A stretch of DNA of 64,000 nucleotides, taken from a virus. Taxonomy: Duplodnaviria > Caudoviricetes. Below the pieces are notes generated by a model that did no database searches, was not told the DNA's origin, and was given only the letters and a program-made list of their open reading frames with translations. Made by a program: the position numbers and the translations under genes. How positions within the stretch are numbered: the stretch's first letter is position 1; every line of letters begins with the position of its first letter. This document shows, one piece after another, positions 22,245-32,198 of the stretch. Location of the stretch: the IMG/VR virus record IMGVR_UViG_3300016649_000355, one strand, 5' to 3'.

Positions 22245-22864
22245 TGTCAGTCATAACATTATCTTATAAGATAGAAGGATTTTTAAAAATATTTGACCCT
22301 AATAATGGCGAAATATTTGTAAACAAGAAAAATGCTATCAATTATGAAAATATGTCAGAGGCTATAGCTGACACATTAAGCAGTCGTGGATATGGTGAAA
22401 TATATGAGATGGCATTTGGTAATGGCGGAGCATCGGTAGATCAGACGGGAGTCATAACATATCTACCACCAAATACTACTGGACAGAATGCAGCATTATA
22501 TAATCAAACTTATGCGAAAATTGTAGACGATACTAGCGTATTTAATCTAGACCCCACTAGAAATAAGATGACAGTATCTCATATTACCGGTCGATTATAT
22601 ACAGATATTTTAGTTCAGTGTTTGTTGGATTACGGCGAGCCGGCAGGACAAAGCGCATTTGATAATAGCACTCAAACAGATTCAACCTATGTATTTGATG
22701 AGTTGGGGCTGCTTGCAAATTACGGTACTAATAATGATGGCAATGTTATAACAAGATTATTAACGCATGTTATTTTTCACCCAGTACAAAAATCACTGAA
22801 TAGGCAGATACAAATTGATTATACCGTAAGAATTCAGAGCTTAACTAATTTAGTTACGATTTAA
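22244..22864 (+). CDS. Conserved phage structural/baseplate-region protein (206 aa)
   Basis: AFGNGG, FDELGL and C-terminal FHPVQKSLNRQIQIDYTVRI resemble tail-fibre/collar-associated proteins of large phages; supported by gene context. Confidence 0.5.
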   Translation: MSVITLSYKIEGFLKIFDPNNGEIFVNKKNAINYENMSEAIADTLSSRGYGEIYEMAFGNGGASVDQTGVITYLPPNTTGQNAALYNQTYAKIVDDTSVFNLDPTRNKMTVSHITGRLYTDILVQCLLDYGEPAGQSAFDNSTQTDSTYVFDELGLLANYGTNNDGNVITRLLTHVIFHPVQKSLNRQIQIDYTVRIQSLTNLVTI

Positions 22865-22865
22865 A

Positions 22866-22873
22866 GATAAATA
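22866..22873 (+). promoter_or_regulatory. Putative late-promoter motif GATAAATA
   Basis: Intergenic, upstream of the fibre gene that has a GGAG ribosome-binding site. Confidence 0.5.
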
Positions 22874-22896
22874 ATAAAGATAGCGGAGCGACAAAA

Positions 22897-24111
22897 ATGG
22901 CATATACGATTATAAAAAGTGACGGTACAGTATTAACTACCATTGCGGATGGTACAATTAATACTACAAGTACATCACTTGGATTACCAGGAAGAAACTA
23001 TGCAGGATATGGACAAACACTAGACACAAACTTTGTTCATATCACTGAAAATTTTGCAGATTCTTCTCCTCCCCCAAATCCATTAGCGGGTCAATTATGG
23101 TATAATACAAATGATACTACACTCTATGTCTGTCCCACAGATGGAGAATCTAACGCCAATGCATGGACAGCACTAGCACAAGCAGGTGGAGGCGCAAATA
23201 CTACCTTCGGTGGAATAACAGTGACGGGAAATGCTTCCGCTAATAATTTTACCGCTGTTAACAATTTAACAGGTAATGCACTTTCAGTATCTTTCGCTAC
23301 AATTTCTGCTAATGCTAATATTGGAAATGCAAACATCACTTCAGCAACTATCGGCACTTTGACTACTACTGCTATAACGGCAGGTTCTGCAGGAACATCA
23401 GGCACGCTTACCGGTACTTGGTCAGTAAATGGCACTGTAAGTGGCAATGGCATAGTGATGACTGCGGGTAATATTTACATCAACAACAGTGGCAATATTT
23501 ACGGAATTAAAACAGACAAGTATATGTACGCGAACGGAGATCCTATCTCATTTGCAGGTACATACAGTAATAGCAATGTGGCAGCATATATGCCTGTTTA
23601 TGGTGGAAATATACTGTCTACGCAGATTCAAGCTACCGTTCTCACAACCGGGGCTAACACAACACCCGGCAATATAACTGGTAATTGGACACTAACTACA
23701 GGATCAAGACTTCAGGCAACATATGCTGACCTTGCAGAAAGATTTGAAGCAGATGAAGCATATGACGCAGGAACTGTCGTAGAGTTAGGCGGTGCTAAAG
23801 AAATTACAGCAGTCAAGTATGATTTAAGTGAAGATGTTTTTGGTGTGGTTTCTGATACTGCTGCATACCTAATGAATGCAGGTGCAGGAAACGATCAGAC
23901 TCATCCACCTATAGCGGTTACAGGGCGTGTCAAGGTAAAAGTTACCGGTCCCATAGCTAAAGGTCAAAGATTAGTAAGTGCAGGCGAAGGTAGGGCAAGA
24001 GCAGCAAATCCCGGTGAAGCAACAGCATTTAACACCATAGGTCGTTCATTAGAAGAAAAACACACGATTGACACAAGCCTCATTGAGGCCATAGTCACGA
24101 TCAAAGGATAA
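22897..24111 (+). CDS. Tail fibre-like protein with C-terminal intramolecular chaperone (peptidase G2-like) domain
   Basis: N-terminal GRNYAGYG...ENFA...PP.P..GQLWY anchor motif, a G/T/N-rich shaft, and C-terminal ADLAERF...GTVV.LGG..EIT...VFGVVS...GRVKVKV. Confidence 0.65.
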   Translation: MAYTIIKSDGTVLTTIADGTINTTSTSLGLPGRNYAGYGQTLDTNFVHITENFADSSPPPNPLAGQLWYNTNDTTLYVCPTDGESNANAWTALAQAGGGANTTFGGITVTGNASANNFTAVNNLTGNALSVSFATISANANIGNANITSATIGTLTTTAITAGSAGTSGTLTGTWSVNGTVSGNGIVMTAGNIYINNSGNIYGIKTDKYMYANGDPISFAGTYSNSNVAAYMPVYGGNILSTQIQATVLTTGANTTPGNITGNWTLTTGSRLQATYADLAERFEADEAYDAGTVVELGGAKEITAVKYDLSEDVFGVVSDTAAYLMNAGAGNDQTHPPIAVTGRVKVKVTGPIAKGQRLVSAGEGRARAANPGEATAFNTIGRSLEEKHTIDTSLIEAIVTIKG

Positions 24112-24121
24112 AGGAAAAAAC

Positions 24122-25075
24122 ATGAGTTACGCACAGTTTGGATTAATTGAAGCTACAGATTTCAACGCATTGGTAGGTGGAAACCCCACAACAACTGCCA
24201 ATACCTTGAATGCAACTTGGGCGACAGGTGGCGGCACTGCAGGGTATGGTCAAACTGCGGTAGCGAATGTGACTGCAGGAAATAGTGTAGTAGCAACTGG
24301 TCAGTGGAATGCATTAGTATCTAATACTGCAAGTGCGGCAACACATCAAGGCTCATCTATTACATCCGTGACCGCTCCTGTAGCAGGAAACACTGTTACA
24401 TACTTAAGTGCTATCCCTACAAATTTGCAAACGATTTATGCAAGTAGATTAAACGCAGCAACACAGGGATCCACTACATCTAATACCGCGACATTTGGTA
24501 GTACATGGAGTTCATTGTTAACATTTACACATACTGCTACATTTGCTAACGGTGATGCAGCCCGTTACTTCTTTAATTCAGGTGGTCAATTAGCGATGAC
24601 AGTGTCTCACCCAAATGGTACAGGAATCAATCTACTATTCAATAACTTAGCTTCTAATGTTGGTACTGTAGTCATGAGCGCGCCATCTTCTGGATCGGTT
24701 AGCATAGCAGGAACATCATATAATGGCATCACTAAGATAGGCGGTGGCGGCAACGCCCCCACTATCAGTGCTAATACTGGTTATTTTGCATTAACAACAT
24801 CTAATGTAACGGCATTTACTCAAACCGCATCTACGGGCCCGGCGGGCTATCTATCAACCTTCATTCGATTTATAGTCAAATCTAACGGCACTCAAGGATC
24901 AAATGGTGACGCCGGTTCTGTAATTACTATCTATACTATTTGGGATGAAGTACCCGACGGTTTAACAGTGTCATCGGGAACCGCTACAACAATGACAGTA
25001 AGACCCCCCGAGACTACAAATCTAGCAAATTCTTGGGGAACAATCACATTAGCCGGAAGCGTGGCAGGTTCCTAA
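24122..25075 (+). CDS. Putative virion structural protein (317 aa)
   Basis: T/S/G/A-rich beta-type composition, ARYFFNSGG motif, located in the fibre gene block. Confidence 0.5.
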   Translation: MSYAQFGLIEATDFNALVGGNPTTTANTLNATWATGGGTAGYGQTAVANVTAGNSVVATGQWNALVSNTASAATHQGSSITSVTAPVAGNTVTYLSAIPTNLQTIYASRLNAATQGSTTSNTATFGSTWSSLLTFTHTATFANGDAARYFFNSGGQLAMTVSHPNGTGINLLFNNLASNVGTVVMSAPSSGSVSIAGTSYNGITKIGGGGNAPTISANTGYFALTTSNVTAFTQTASTGPAGYLSTFIRFIVKSNGTQGSNGDAGSVITIYTIWDEVPDGLTVSSGTATTMTVRPPETTNLANSWGTITLAGSVAGS

Positions 25076-25101
25076 TTAAATTTAAATCAGTCTTTGTATC
25101 T

Positions 25102-25109
25102 ATTAAATA
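25102..25109 (+). promoter_or_regulatory. Putative late-promoter motif ATTAAATA
   Basis: Intergenic, ahead of the AAGGAG RBS and the first gene of the tailoring cluster. Confidence 0.4.
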
Positions 25110-25125
25110 CTCTAAGGAGTGATTT

Positions 25126-25437
25126 ATGGATACAAAGACTTTAATTTTAGAATCAAAAGCTAGATTTGCTCACAATTCAGCTAAAGCTTACCTTAGAGAA
25201 AAATACGAAAACAAATTGTTTCTGGCGGATCAAGGAGGACTTTGGAAAGCCGATATTCAAACCATATCCTTCTTAGAAAGCAATCATACACAAGTTACCG
25301 AAATTGTTTTGATAGACACTTTTAATAATCCGGTAAAAGTGAATGCATCCGCTCTACTAAATAAACTTCAAGACCTATACCACACTGTCATGGAAGAATG
25401 GCATAAAGAATGGAAAGAGTTAGAAGGTAAAAGATGA
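25126..25437 (+). CDS. Hypothetical protein (103 aa)
   Basis: Good RBS (AAGGAG); ATGA overlap with the next gene. Confidence 0.7.
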   Translation: MDTKTLILESKARFAHNSAKAYLREKYENKLFLADQGGLWKADIQTISFLESNHTQVTEIVLIDTFNNPVKVNASALLNKLQDLYHTVMEEWHKEWKELEGKR

Positions 25438-26240
25438 GTAAAGGGGTCATTCTTTTTGCGTTCAACTCTCCCAAATATGACTATTTTGCTATGGCAAAAT
25501 ACTCGGCTAAAAGAATCAATCATTTTTTAAATCTACCAGTAACTTTAATTACTGATAAAGAATCATATGATCCCGATTCGACTGAGTTTGATAAAGTATT
25601 TTTAACAGAACCAGACAAAACAAACAAACGAGATTGGGGTCTGTGGTTCAACAAAGGTAGATACAAGGCATACGAATATAGTCCATATGATGAAACTATA
25701 TTGTTAGATACTGATTATATGGTTTGTTCTGACAAATTATTGAAAACTTTTGATATTTACAATGATTTTTGTTGTCATGGAGATACGGAATTTTTAATGC
25801 AACCCAATGCTCCACAAGAAATATTAAGTGCATATAGTCATAAAACTTTATGGGCCACCGTGGTCACATTTAAAAAAACATCGAGAGCTAAACAAATTTT
25901 TGAATGTTTAAAAATGGTTCAAGAAAATTATGATCATTATGCTAATATACATAGTTTTATAAGTGGCACATACAGGAACGATTACGCGCTTACTTTGGCA
26001 CTTAGGATAGCCAATGGGCAGACTATTTTAGACAAAGATATTATTCCGTGGAATCTATTACACTTGGGGAAAAATACAACTATTTTCGCCAAAAGCCAAC
26101 ATCCATTCAATACAGAATATACTATATTGTACGATAATTGGCAAAGGGGAAAAATTAAAAAAGAATATATCGACATCAAAGATTGCGATTTTCATGTCAT
26201 GAACAAAGACAATTTTACGGAGTTGATAAAAGATGAATAA
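25434..26240 (+). CDS. GT-A fold glycosyltransferase-like protein
   Basis: SPYDETILLDTDY (DxD motif), late DFHVMNK (HxxNK-type motif as in GT8-like enzymes). Confidence 0.6.
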   Translation: MSKGVILFAFNSPKYDYFAMAKYSAKRINHFLNLPVTLITDKESYDPDSTEFDKVFLTEPDKTNKRDWGLWFNKGRYKAYEYSPYDETILLDTDYMVCSDKLLKTFDIYNDFCCHGDTEFLMQPNAPQEILSAYSHKTLWATVVTFKKTSRAKQIFECLKMVQENYDHYANIHSFISGTYRNDYALTLALRIANGQTILDKDIIPWNLLHLGKNTTIFAKSQHPFNTEYTILYDNWQRGKIKKEYIDIKDCDFHVMNKDNFTELIKDE

Positions 26241-27057
26241 AGGATTTGTAGTTTTGGCACAAAATACAGATCAGGTAAATTATGTTAAGTGTGCTGAAGC
26301 ATTGGCCATGAGCCTATATAATGTCATGCCTGAAGCTCATGTTACATTAATATCTGATAATATCACATCGTCAGATTATTTTGATAATGTTGTTTCATTA
26401 CCATACGGCGATCTCGCAAAAAATAGTGATTGGAAGTTAATCAATGATTGGCAAGTGTACGAAGCCAGTCCCTATGAATACACGATAAAATTAGAGGCCG
26501 ATCTGTACATACCTAGATCAATCGAACATTGGTGGGAAATTTTGAAACCACATGATTTGATCATATCGACTAATATAAGAAATTTTCACAATGAGTTGTC
26601 AAATGTGAGGGCTTATCGTAGATTCATAGACGATAATAAGTTGCCGGATACATATAATGCGATAACTTATTTTAAAAAATCAGATAAAGCCAAAAAATTC
26701 TTTGATACCGTAAAACAAATTTTCAATGACTGGGAACAAATAAAATCAAATTTTAAATGTAATCCTGACGAAAAAGCCTCTACCGATTTCGTTTATGCTA
26801 TCGCAGCACATATAATCGGAGAAGAGAATTGTACATTGCCGTTGTTTAAAGATATGTCAATGATACATATGAAGCAATATATCAATAATCTACCATCCGA
26901 AGATTGGACTGATATTTTTGTATACGAAATATTACCCAACGCACTAAGAGTGAACACTATCCCTCAGATGTATCCATTTCACTATCATGCCAAGCATTTT
27001 TGTGATACTTTAATAAAAGAAACAGAATCATGGAAAATAAAGAAGAATACATATTAA
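26233..27057 (+). CDS. GT-A fold glycosyltransferase-like protein, paralogue of the upstream gene
   Basis: SPYEYTIKLEADL (DxD altered to EAD), PFHYHAK; same layout as 25434-26240. Confidence 0.5.
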   Translation: MNKGFVVLAQNTDQVNYVKCAEALAMSLYNVMPEAHVTLISDNITSSDYFDNVVSLPYGDLAKNSDWKLINDWQVYEASPYEYTIKLEADLYIPRSIEHWWEILKPHDLIISTNIRNFHNELSNVRAYRRFIDDNKLPDTYNAITYFKKSDKAKKFFDTVKQIFNDWEQIKSNFKCNPDEKASTDFVYAIAAHIIGEENCTLPLFKDMSMIHMKQYINNLPSEDWTDIFVYEILPNALRVNTIPQMYPFHYHAKHFCDTLIKETESWKIKKNTY

Positions 27058-27383
27058 TTTGGGAAGCACCCAAGATAGTTCCACCTGAGTTTCGTTTGTA
27101 TTATGATGACACTGGAAAAGTATTATGTTATACTTGCGAGAAGCTAGAAGGTAATTATATTGTAATTGACAGCATTACCTATGCTGAAGCAAGGCCCGAT
27201 ATAAGAGTAGTTAACGGAAAAATATCTACGGTATCCCCTCATTTAGTGATTTCAAAATTGGTCATGGATGATACTCAAGGTAAGTCGTGTTCGATTGATA
27301 ATATAAGTATCATAGTTGAAAATAATGAAGTTGAAACAAAAAAATGGAAACTAAAAACATATGAACTCGTCCAGCATAATTGA
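27030..27383 (+). CDS. Hypothetical protein (117 aa)
   Basis: Overlapping, same-strand ORF in the operon; FRLYYDDTG motif. Confidence 0.6.
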   Translation: MENKEEYILIWEAPKIVPPEFRLYYDDTGKVLCYTCEKLEGNYIVIDSITYAEARPDIRVVNGKISTVSPHLVISKLVMDDTQGKSCSIDNISIIVENNEVETKKWKLKTYELVQHN

Positions 27384-28314
27384 TGTTGCAGATTTAGATT
27401 GCATATATCTAAGTTATGATGAGCCGCAGAAGGAAGAATTTTGGCTCAAGATCAAGAACATGGTGCCGTGGGCAAAGCGCGTTGACGGTGTGAAAGGTAG
27501 CGATGCCGCACACAAAGCGGCAGGAGAGGCTAGCGACACTGAACGATTCATTTTGATCGATGGTGATAACATGCCTGATGAATCTTTTTTTAATATGCAA
27601 TTAGACTTCACTGATAAAGATCCTAGTTATCATAAAGCTCAGTTTCGATGGAAGGCAGTGAATTCAATCAATGGATTAAGATACGGCAACGGTGGTATGA
27701 GTTCATGGACTAAAACTTATGTCAGCGAGATGAAAACACATGAACATCAGGATGAAGGTGATTTATCCAGGGTGGCTGATTTCTGTTTAGATAGCAAAGA
27801 TAATTTATATTGGGCTATGTACGACTGTTATAGCACGACTTATCCGAACTATACACCATTTCAAGCGTGGCGTGCAGGTTTCCGTGAAGGTGTAAAAATG
27901 GTGTTAGATAGGGGTCATAGACCAACTGTCGATGATTTTAAAGAGCGTGTAGCTAGCAGGAATTTAAACAATTTAACGATATGGCACAATATAGGGACAG
28001 ATGTACAGAATGGTTTCTGGGCTATATATGGTAGTCGATTGGGTACTTACATGACATTATTGACTGATTGGGATCACACCAATGTTCAATGGTTTGATAA
28101 CTATTTAGAGATGTGGGAAGAACATAAAAACAAGAACCCTGAAGAAGAAGCAAATAGATTGGGCGTGTCATTGCATGATAAACTGGGATTGCCTATGTCT
28201 ATAATGAATAAAGAACAGAGCAAGTTTTTCAAGCGACACTATAAAGCAGATTTTCATAATCTAGGTCCACTAGTTACTGAGATGGAAGTTATCCGTAGAA
28301 TCGAAGGTTGGTAA
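27361..28314 (+). CDS. Glycosyltransferase-like protein (GT-A-like, DGD motif)
   Basis: CIYLSYDEP...RVDGVKG.DAAH...FILIDGDN...NGLRYGNGG...AWRAGFREGVKM; homologous to the C-terminus of the 1830-aa protein. Confidence 0.5.
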   Translation: MNSSSIIDVADLDCIYLSYDEPQKEEFWLKIKNMVPWAKRVDGVKGSDAAHKAAGEASDTERFILIDGDNMPDESFFNMQLDFTDKDPSYHKAQFRWKAVNSINGLRYGNGGMSSWTKTYVSEMKTHEHQDEGDLSRVADFCLDSKDNLYWAMYDCYSTTYPNYTPFQAWRAGFREGVKMVLDRGHRPTVDDFKERVASRNLNNLTIWHNIGTDVQNGFWAIYGSRLGTYMTLLTDWDHTNVQWFDNYLEMWEEHKNKNPEEEANRLGVSLHDKLGLPMSIMNKEQSKFFKRHYKADFHNLGPLVTEMEVIRRIEGW

Positions 28315-29705
28315 TGTCAGACGAACAAAAACGAATTAAAGATATAAAAATCAAAATTGAGAATGAGGTTGGACCTACCTTTTGTCTAGCCAAATGGCAT
28401 CATGTTACTATGTATCTGCAATCAGGAGAAACGCATAGCTGTTATCATCCTCGCCCACACAAGATTCCATTGAATGAATTGCAGAATAATCCTTCTGCAT
28501 TGCATAACACACAAGAAAAGAAAATGGAACGCAAGTTGATGCTTGAGGGCGGCAAGCCCGAAGGATGCCAATACTGCTGGAACATTGAAGCGATGGGTCC
28601 CGATTACATCAGTGATAGACATATCAGGAACGGTAGCATCTTTACCGAAGAAAGATACAATCAGTGTAAAGATAGCTGGACAGTTGATGTTAATCCAGAA
28701 TATATTGAGATCAATTTCGGTAACGAGTGTAATTTTAAATGCGGTTATTGTCATCCCAAATATAGCACAAGCTTTTATAAAGAGATCGAAACACACGGAC
28801 CAGTAACATCTGTCAAGAACCATCGTTGTGACATCGACTGGATGAAACTTTATCAGCGTGAAGAAGAGAACCCATATGTTGATGCGTTCTGGGAGTGGTG
28901 GCCTGAATTAAGGAAAACATTAAACATCATGCGTGTGACTGGGGGAGAACCCACATTGCACAAATCTACATGGACATTACTAGACAAGATCGACCAGGAT
29001 CCCATGCCGTGGTTAGAACTAAATATTAATAGTAATTTAGGAACAAAGCCTGTGTTGATCGAAAGACTGGCAGCAAAAGTAAAAAAATTAACATCAGAAA
29101 ATAAAATAAAAAACTTTAAATTATTTACTAGCATGGATACTTGGGGAGATAGGGCAGAATACATACGCACCGGATTAGATTTAGAATTATGGGAACATAA
29201 TTTTCATACATATCTTCAAGGTACCGACAGCCCCATAACTTTCATGATTACTTTTAATATTTTCAGTGTCACTACATTTAAATCATTATTAGAGAAAATG
29301 TTAGAATGGCGAAAGCAGTATGGATGGTATGATGATATCAAATCACACAGGGTAAGATTTGACACACCTTATCTGCGCGATCCTATACAATATGATATGA
29401 ATATCTTACCTAAAGAAGAATTCATGCCTTATATGCATGAAGCATTAAAATTCATGAAAGATAATTTGAATGATGATGCAAGCGATAAGTTTACCAGTAT
29501 TGAATATGAAAAATTCAAGCGTGTGGTAGACTACATGGCAGAAACAGTTTATCCCGAAGAAAGATTGATCGAAGGCCGAAAAGATTTTTATAATTGGTTT
29601 AATGAATTAGATGAAAGAAGGGATAATGATATGTTATCTGTATTTCCAGAAATGATTAAATTTTATAGATTATGTCAAGAAACAAATCAACTAAACCCAA
29701 ACTAA
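28314..29705 (+). CDS. Radical SAM protein with Cys-rich (SPASM/twitch-like) N-terminal extension
   Basis: CNFKCGYC, GGEPT, N-terminal FCLAKW...HSCYH...C.YCW. The ATG at 28314 (TAATG overlap) is preferred to the TTG at 28308. Confidence 0.85.
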   Translation: MSDEQKRIKDIKIKIENEVGPTFCLAKWHHVTMYLQSGETHSCYHPRPHKIPLNELQNNPSALHNTQEKKMERKLMLEGGKPEGCQYCWNIEAMGPDYISDRHIRNGSIFTEERYNQCKDSWTVDVNPEYIEINFGNECNFKCGYCHPKYSTSFYKEIETHGPVTSVKNHRCDIDWMKLYQREEENPYVDAFWEWWPELRKTLNIMRVTGGEPTLHKSTWTLLDKIDQDPMPWLELNINSNLGTKPVLIERLAAKVKKLTSENKIKNFKLFTSMDTWGDRAEYIRTGLDLELWEHNFHTYLQGTDSPITFMITFNIFSVTTFKSLLEKMLEWRKQYGWYDDIKSHRVRFDTPYLRDPIQYDMNILPKEEFMPYMHEALKFMKDNLNDDASDKFTSIEYEKFKRVVDYMAETVYPEERLIEGRKDFYNWFNELDERRDNDMLSVFPEMIKFYRLCQETNQLNPN

Positions 29706-30964
29706 ACTTAGATAAAAGCTTTAATCTCACTGAGAGCAAAACTTTTTGTATGGCGCCATGGGTGCATCTACATACTACACCGACTGGTCTAGTAGCGCCC
29801 TGCTGCATATCTACTGCCACTTCAACAGAACACGGATTTGGAAATTCTAAGGATAATACTATCGAAGAATTGATAAATGTCGAGGAGATGAAAAAATTAC
29901 GGGTAGATATGTTAAGCGGTGTGGAAAATATCGAATGTAATGGGTGTTACGCGCATGAAAAAAATAATATCAAGAGTTTTCGACAAATGCACAACGAAGA
30001 GTTGGGTAAATTTTACGATAGTGATGTTTTAGAAAATACCAATAAAAACGGTTCCTTAAAAAAATTCACTATGCGATATTTTGATATGCGGTTTAATAAC
30101 ATATGTAATTTTAAATGTCGAACCTGTGGCCCCTTTTTCAGTAGTCAATGGGAACAAGAAAATCTTAAAAATAATGTAGTTTGGGCTAAACCAGTACCGA
30201 AAAACAATAAGCCTGAATTTTTAGAAGAATTATTAACACATGTAGATTACTTAGATAGCGCATATTTTGCCGGCGGTGAACCATTGATCACTGATGAGCA
30301 TTATGTGATGCTTGAAGAAATGATTAAAAAGAATCGAACTGATATCAAGTTAAGGTATAATACAAATCTGAGCAATTTAAAATTTAAAGATAAAGATTTA
30401 CTGTCATTATGGAAGCACTTTAAAAACCCTGTAGATGTTTATGCTAGTATAGATCATTTTGGGGAAAAGGCAGAATATATAAGGCATGGCACAGACTGGG
30501 CCACTGTAGAAGAAAATTTTCAGAAAGTAAAATCCACCAAATTCATAAAAGTTTATATTAATACTGTTTTAAGTGTTTTTAATTACATGACATTACATGA
30601 ATTCTTTCAATATTTGATTGACAAAAAATTTTATAATCCTAGAGATGGTGCTTTTACAGTATATAAAATGTCTACTCCTGCACATTTTGCAGCACATATA
30701 ATTCCGGAAAAACTTAAGTTAATAGGAAAAGATAATATTTCTAAATTACACGATTATATGAAAATTCAAAAATTTAAAAAAGAGCAGTTGAAACAAATCG
30801 AGGATATCAATGCATGGGTATGCTCAACCGATACTTGGGACCTGCATCAGGATGCATTCCGTTTAGAAATTAACCGTGTGGATAAAATACGGGGCGAAAG
30901 ATTTAGTAAAGTTTTTCCAGAACTATCTGAGTTGGTAGACAGAAAAAGGTTTTTTCCTTTATGA
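29672..30964 (+). CDS. Radical SAM protein with N-terminal SPASM/twitch-like cluster motif
   Basis: CNFKCRTC, GGEPL, FCMAPW.H...PCC...C.GC. Confidence 0.85.
   Translation: MSRNKSTKPKLNLDKSFNLTESKTFCMAPWVHLHTTPTGLVAPCCISTATSTEHGFGNSKDNTIEELINVEEMKKLRVDMLSGVENIECNGCYAHEKNNIKSFRQMHNEELGKFYDSDVLENTNKNGSLKKFTMRYFDMRFNNICNFKCRTCGPFFSSQWEQENLKNNVVWAKPVPKNNKPEFLEELLTHVDYLDSAYFAGGEPLITDEHYVMLEEMIKKNRTDIKLRYNTNLSNLKFKDKDLLSLWKHFKNPVDVYASIDHFGEKAEYIRHGTDWATVEENFQKVKSTKFIKVYINTVLSVFNYMTLHEFFQYLIDKKFYNPRDGAFTVYKMSTPAHFAAHIIPEKLKLIGKDNISKLHDYMKIQKFKKEQLKQIEDINAWVCSTDTWDLHQDAFRLEINRVDKIRGERFSKVFPELSELVDRKRFFPL
30278..30318 (+). repeat. 41-bp perfect direct repeat, copy 1 (copy 2 at 31531-31571)
   Basis: GAACCATTGATCACTGATGAGCATTATGTGATGCTTGAAGA is identical in two adjacent radical SAM paralogues. 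Confidence 0.9.
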
Positions 30965-32196
30965 AATTGAACAAAACATTTTTACTTGAAGAAAGTAAAG
31001 TATTTTGCATGTTTCCATGGCTACACTTGAATGTTACCCCTAAGGGCGATATTTATCCTTGTTGTAGTAATAACTATACTACCCCTTTTGGAAATACGAA
31101 AGAGATCACATTAAAGCAGGCTTTTAATAGTCCCGAGATGAAACAATTGCGACTTGACATGCTCAATGAGCGTCCTAATAAAATTTGCGATTTCTGTTAT
31201 AAACACGAAGAAGCGGGACCACATAGTTTTAGAAATTATAGCAAAGAGCAATTCGCTAAACATTTTGATGAATTAGTTCCCACTACACAACAAGACGGTA
31301 CAGTTGATCAATTTAAAATGCACTATTTTGATATCCGTTTCAGTAATATATGTAACTTTAAATGCAGGACCTGCGGTTCAGAGTTTAGTAGTCAGTGGGC
31401 AGCAGAGATGCAAAAAAATTATGATCCAAAACATCCTATAGTGATTCATGCAGATGATGGTAAAGGAAAATTATTAGAAGAAGTTCTAACTCATATCGAA
31501 CACATTGACCTTGCCTATTTTGCAGGGGGCGAACCATTGATCACTGATGAGCATTATGTGATGCTTGAAGAGATGATCAGAATGAAAAGAACTGACATCA
31601 CTCTAAGGTACAACACGAACGCTAGCAATATTAAATATAAAAATCATGATGTATTAGACTTATGGAAACATTTCAAACGGATAGAACTAAGTTGTTCAAT
31701 CGACCATTATGGTGATAGAGCCGAATATCTACGAAAGGGAACTGACTGGGGAAAAGTAGAAAGCAATTTGCTTACTTTTCGTGATCTTGATTTTGTGATA
31801 TTTCAGATGAACACTGTGTTTAGTTTATATAATTACTTAACCATTGGTGAATTTTATCAGTACTTGAAAGATAAAAATATTGTTCGCAGGGAAGATTGGT
31901 ATCATAGTCTATATCTTGCGGTGCATCCCAGCTATTATTGTGCTAAGAGTTTACCAAAAGAATTAAAATTACAAGCAGAACAAAAAGCATTAAGATATAG
32001 TGATGCAAACAAAGATGACGGAACATCATTGTCAAGATTAATCACTGATGCGGTCAATTTTGCCAAAGACGGTCATGGTTGGCAAGATAACCGCGAAAAG
32101 TTCTTGATGCATACTAAATCTATTGATAGAATACGGGATGAAAGTTTTTGGAAAACATTCCCTGAATTAAATAAACTTGCTGACCTACTGGAGTAA
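30961..32196 (+). CDS. Radical SAM protein with N-terminal SPASM/twitch-like cluster motif
   Basis: CNFKCRTC, GGEPL, FCMFPW.H...PCC...C.FC. Confidence 0.85.
   Translation: MKLNKTFLLEESKVFCMFPWLHLNVTPKGDIYPCCSNNYTTPFGNTKEITLKQAFNSPEMKQLRLDMLNERPNKICDFCYKHEEAGPHSFRNYSKEQFAKHFDELVPTTQQDGTVDQFKMHYFDIRFSNICNFKCRTCGSEFSSQWAAEMQKNYDPKHPIVIHADDGKGKLLEEVLTHIEHIDLAYFAGGEPLITDEHYVMLEEMIRMKRTDITLRYNTNASNIKYKNHDVLDLWKHFKRIELSCSIDHYGDRAEYLRKGTDWGKVESNLLTFRDLDFVIFQMNTVFSLYNYLTIGEFYQYLKDKNIVRREDWYHSLYLAVHPSYYCAKSLPKELKLQAEQKALRYSDANKDDGTSLSRLITDAVNFAKDGHGWQDNREKFLMHTKSIDRIRDESFWKTFPELNKLADLLE
31531..31571 (+). repeat. 41-bp perfect direct repeat, copy 2
   Basis: Identical to 30278-30318. Confidence 0.9.
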
Positions 32197-32198
32197 TA

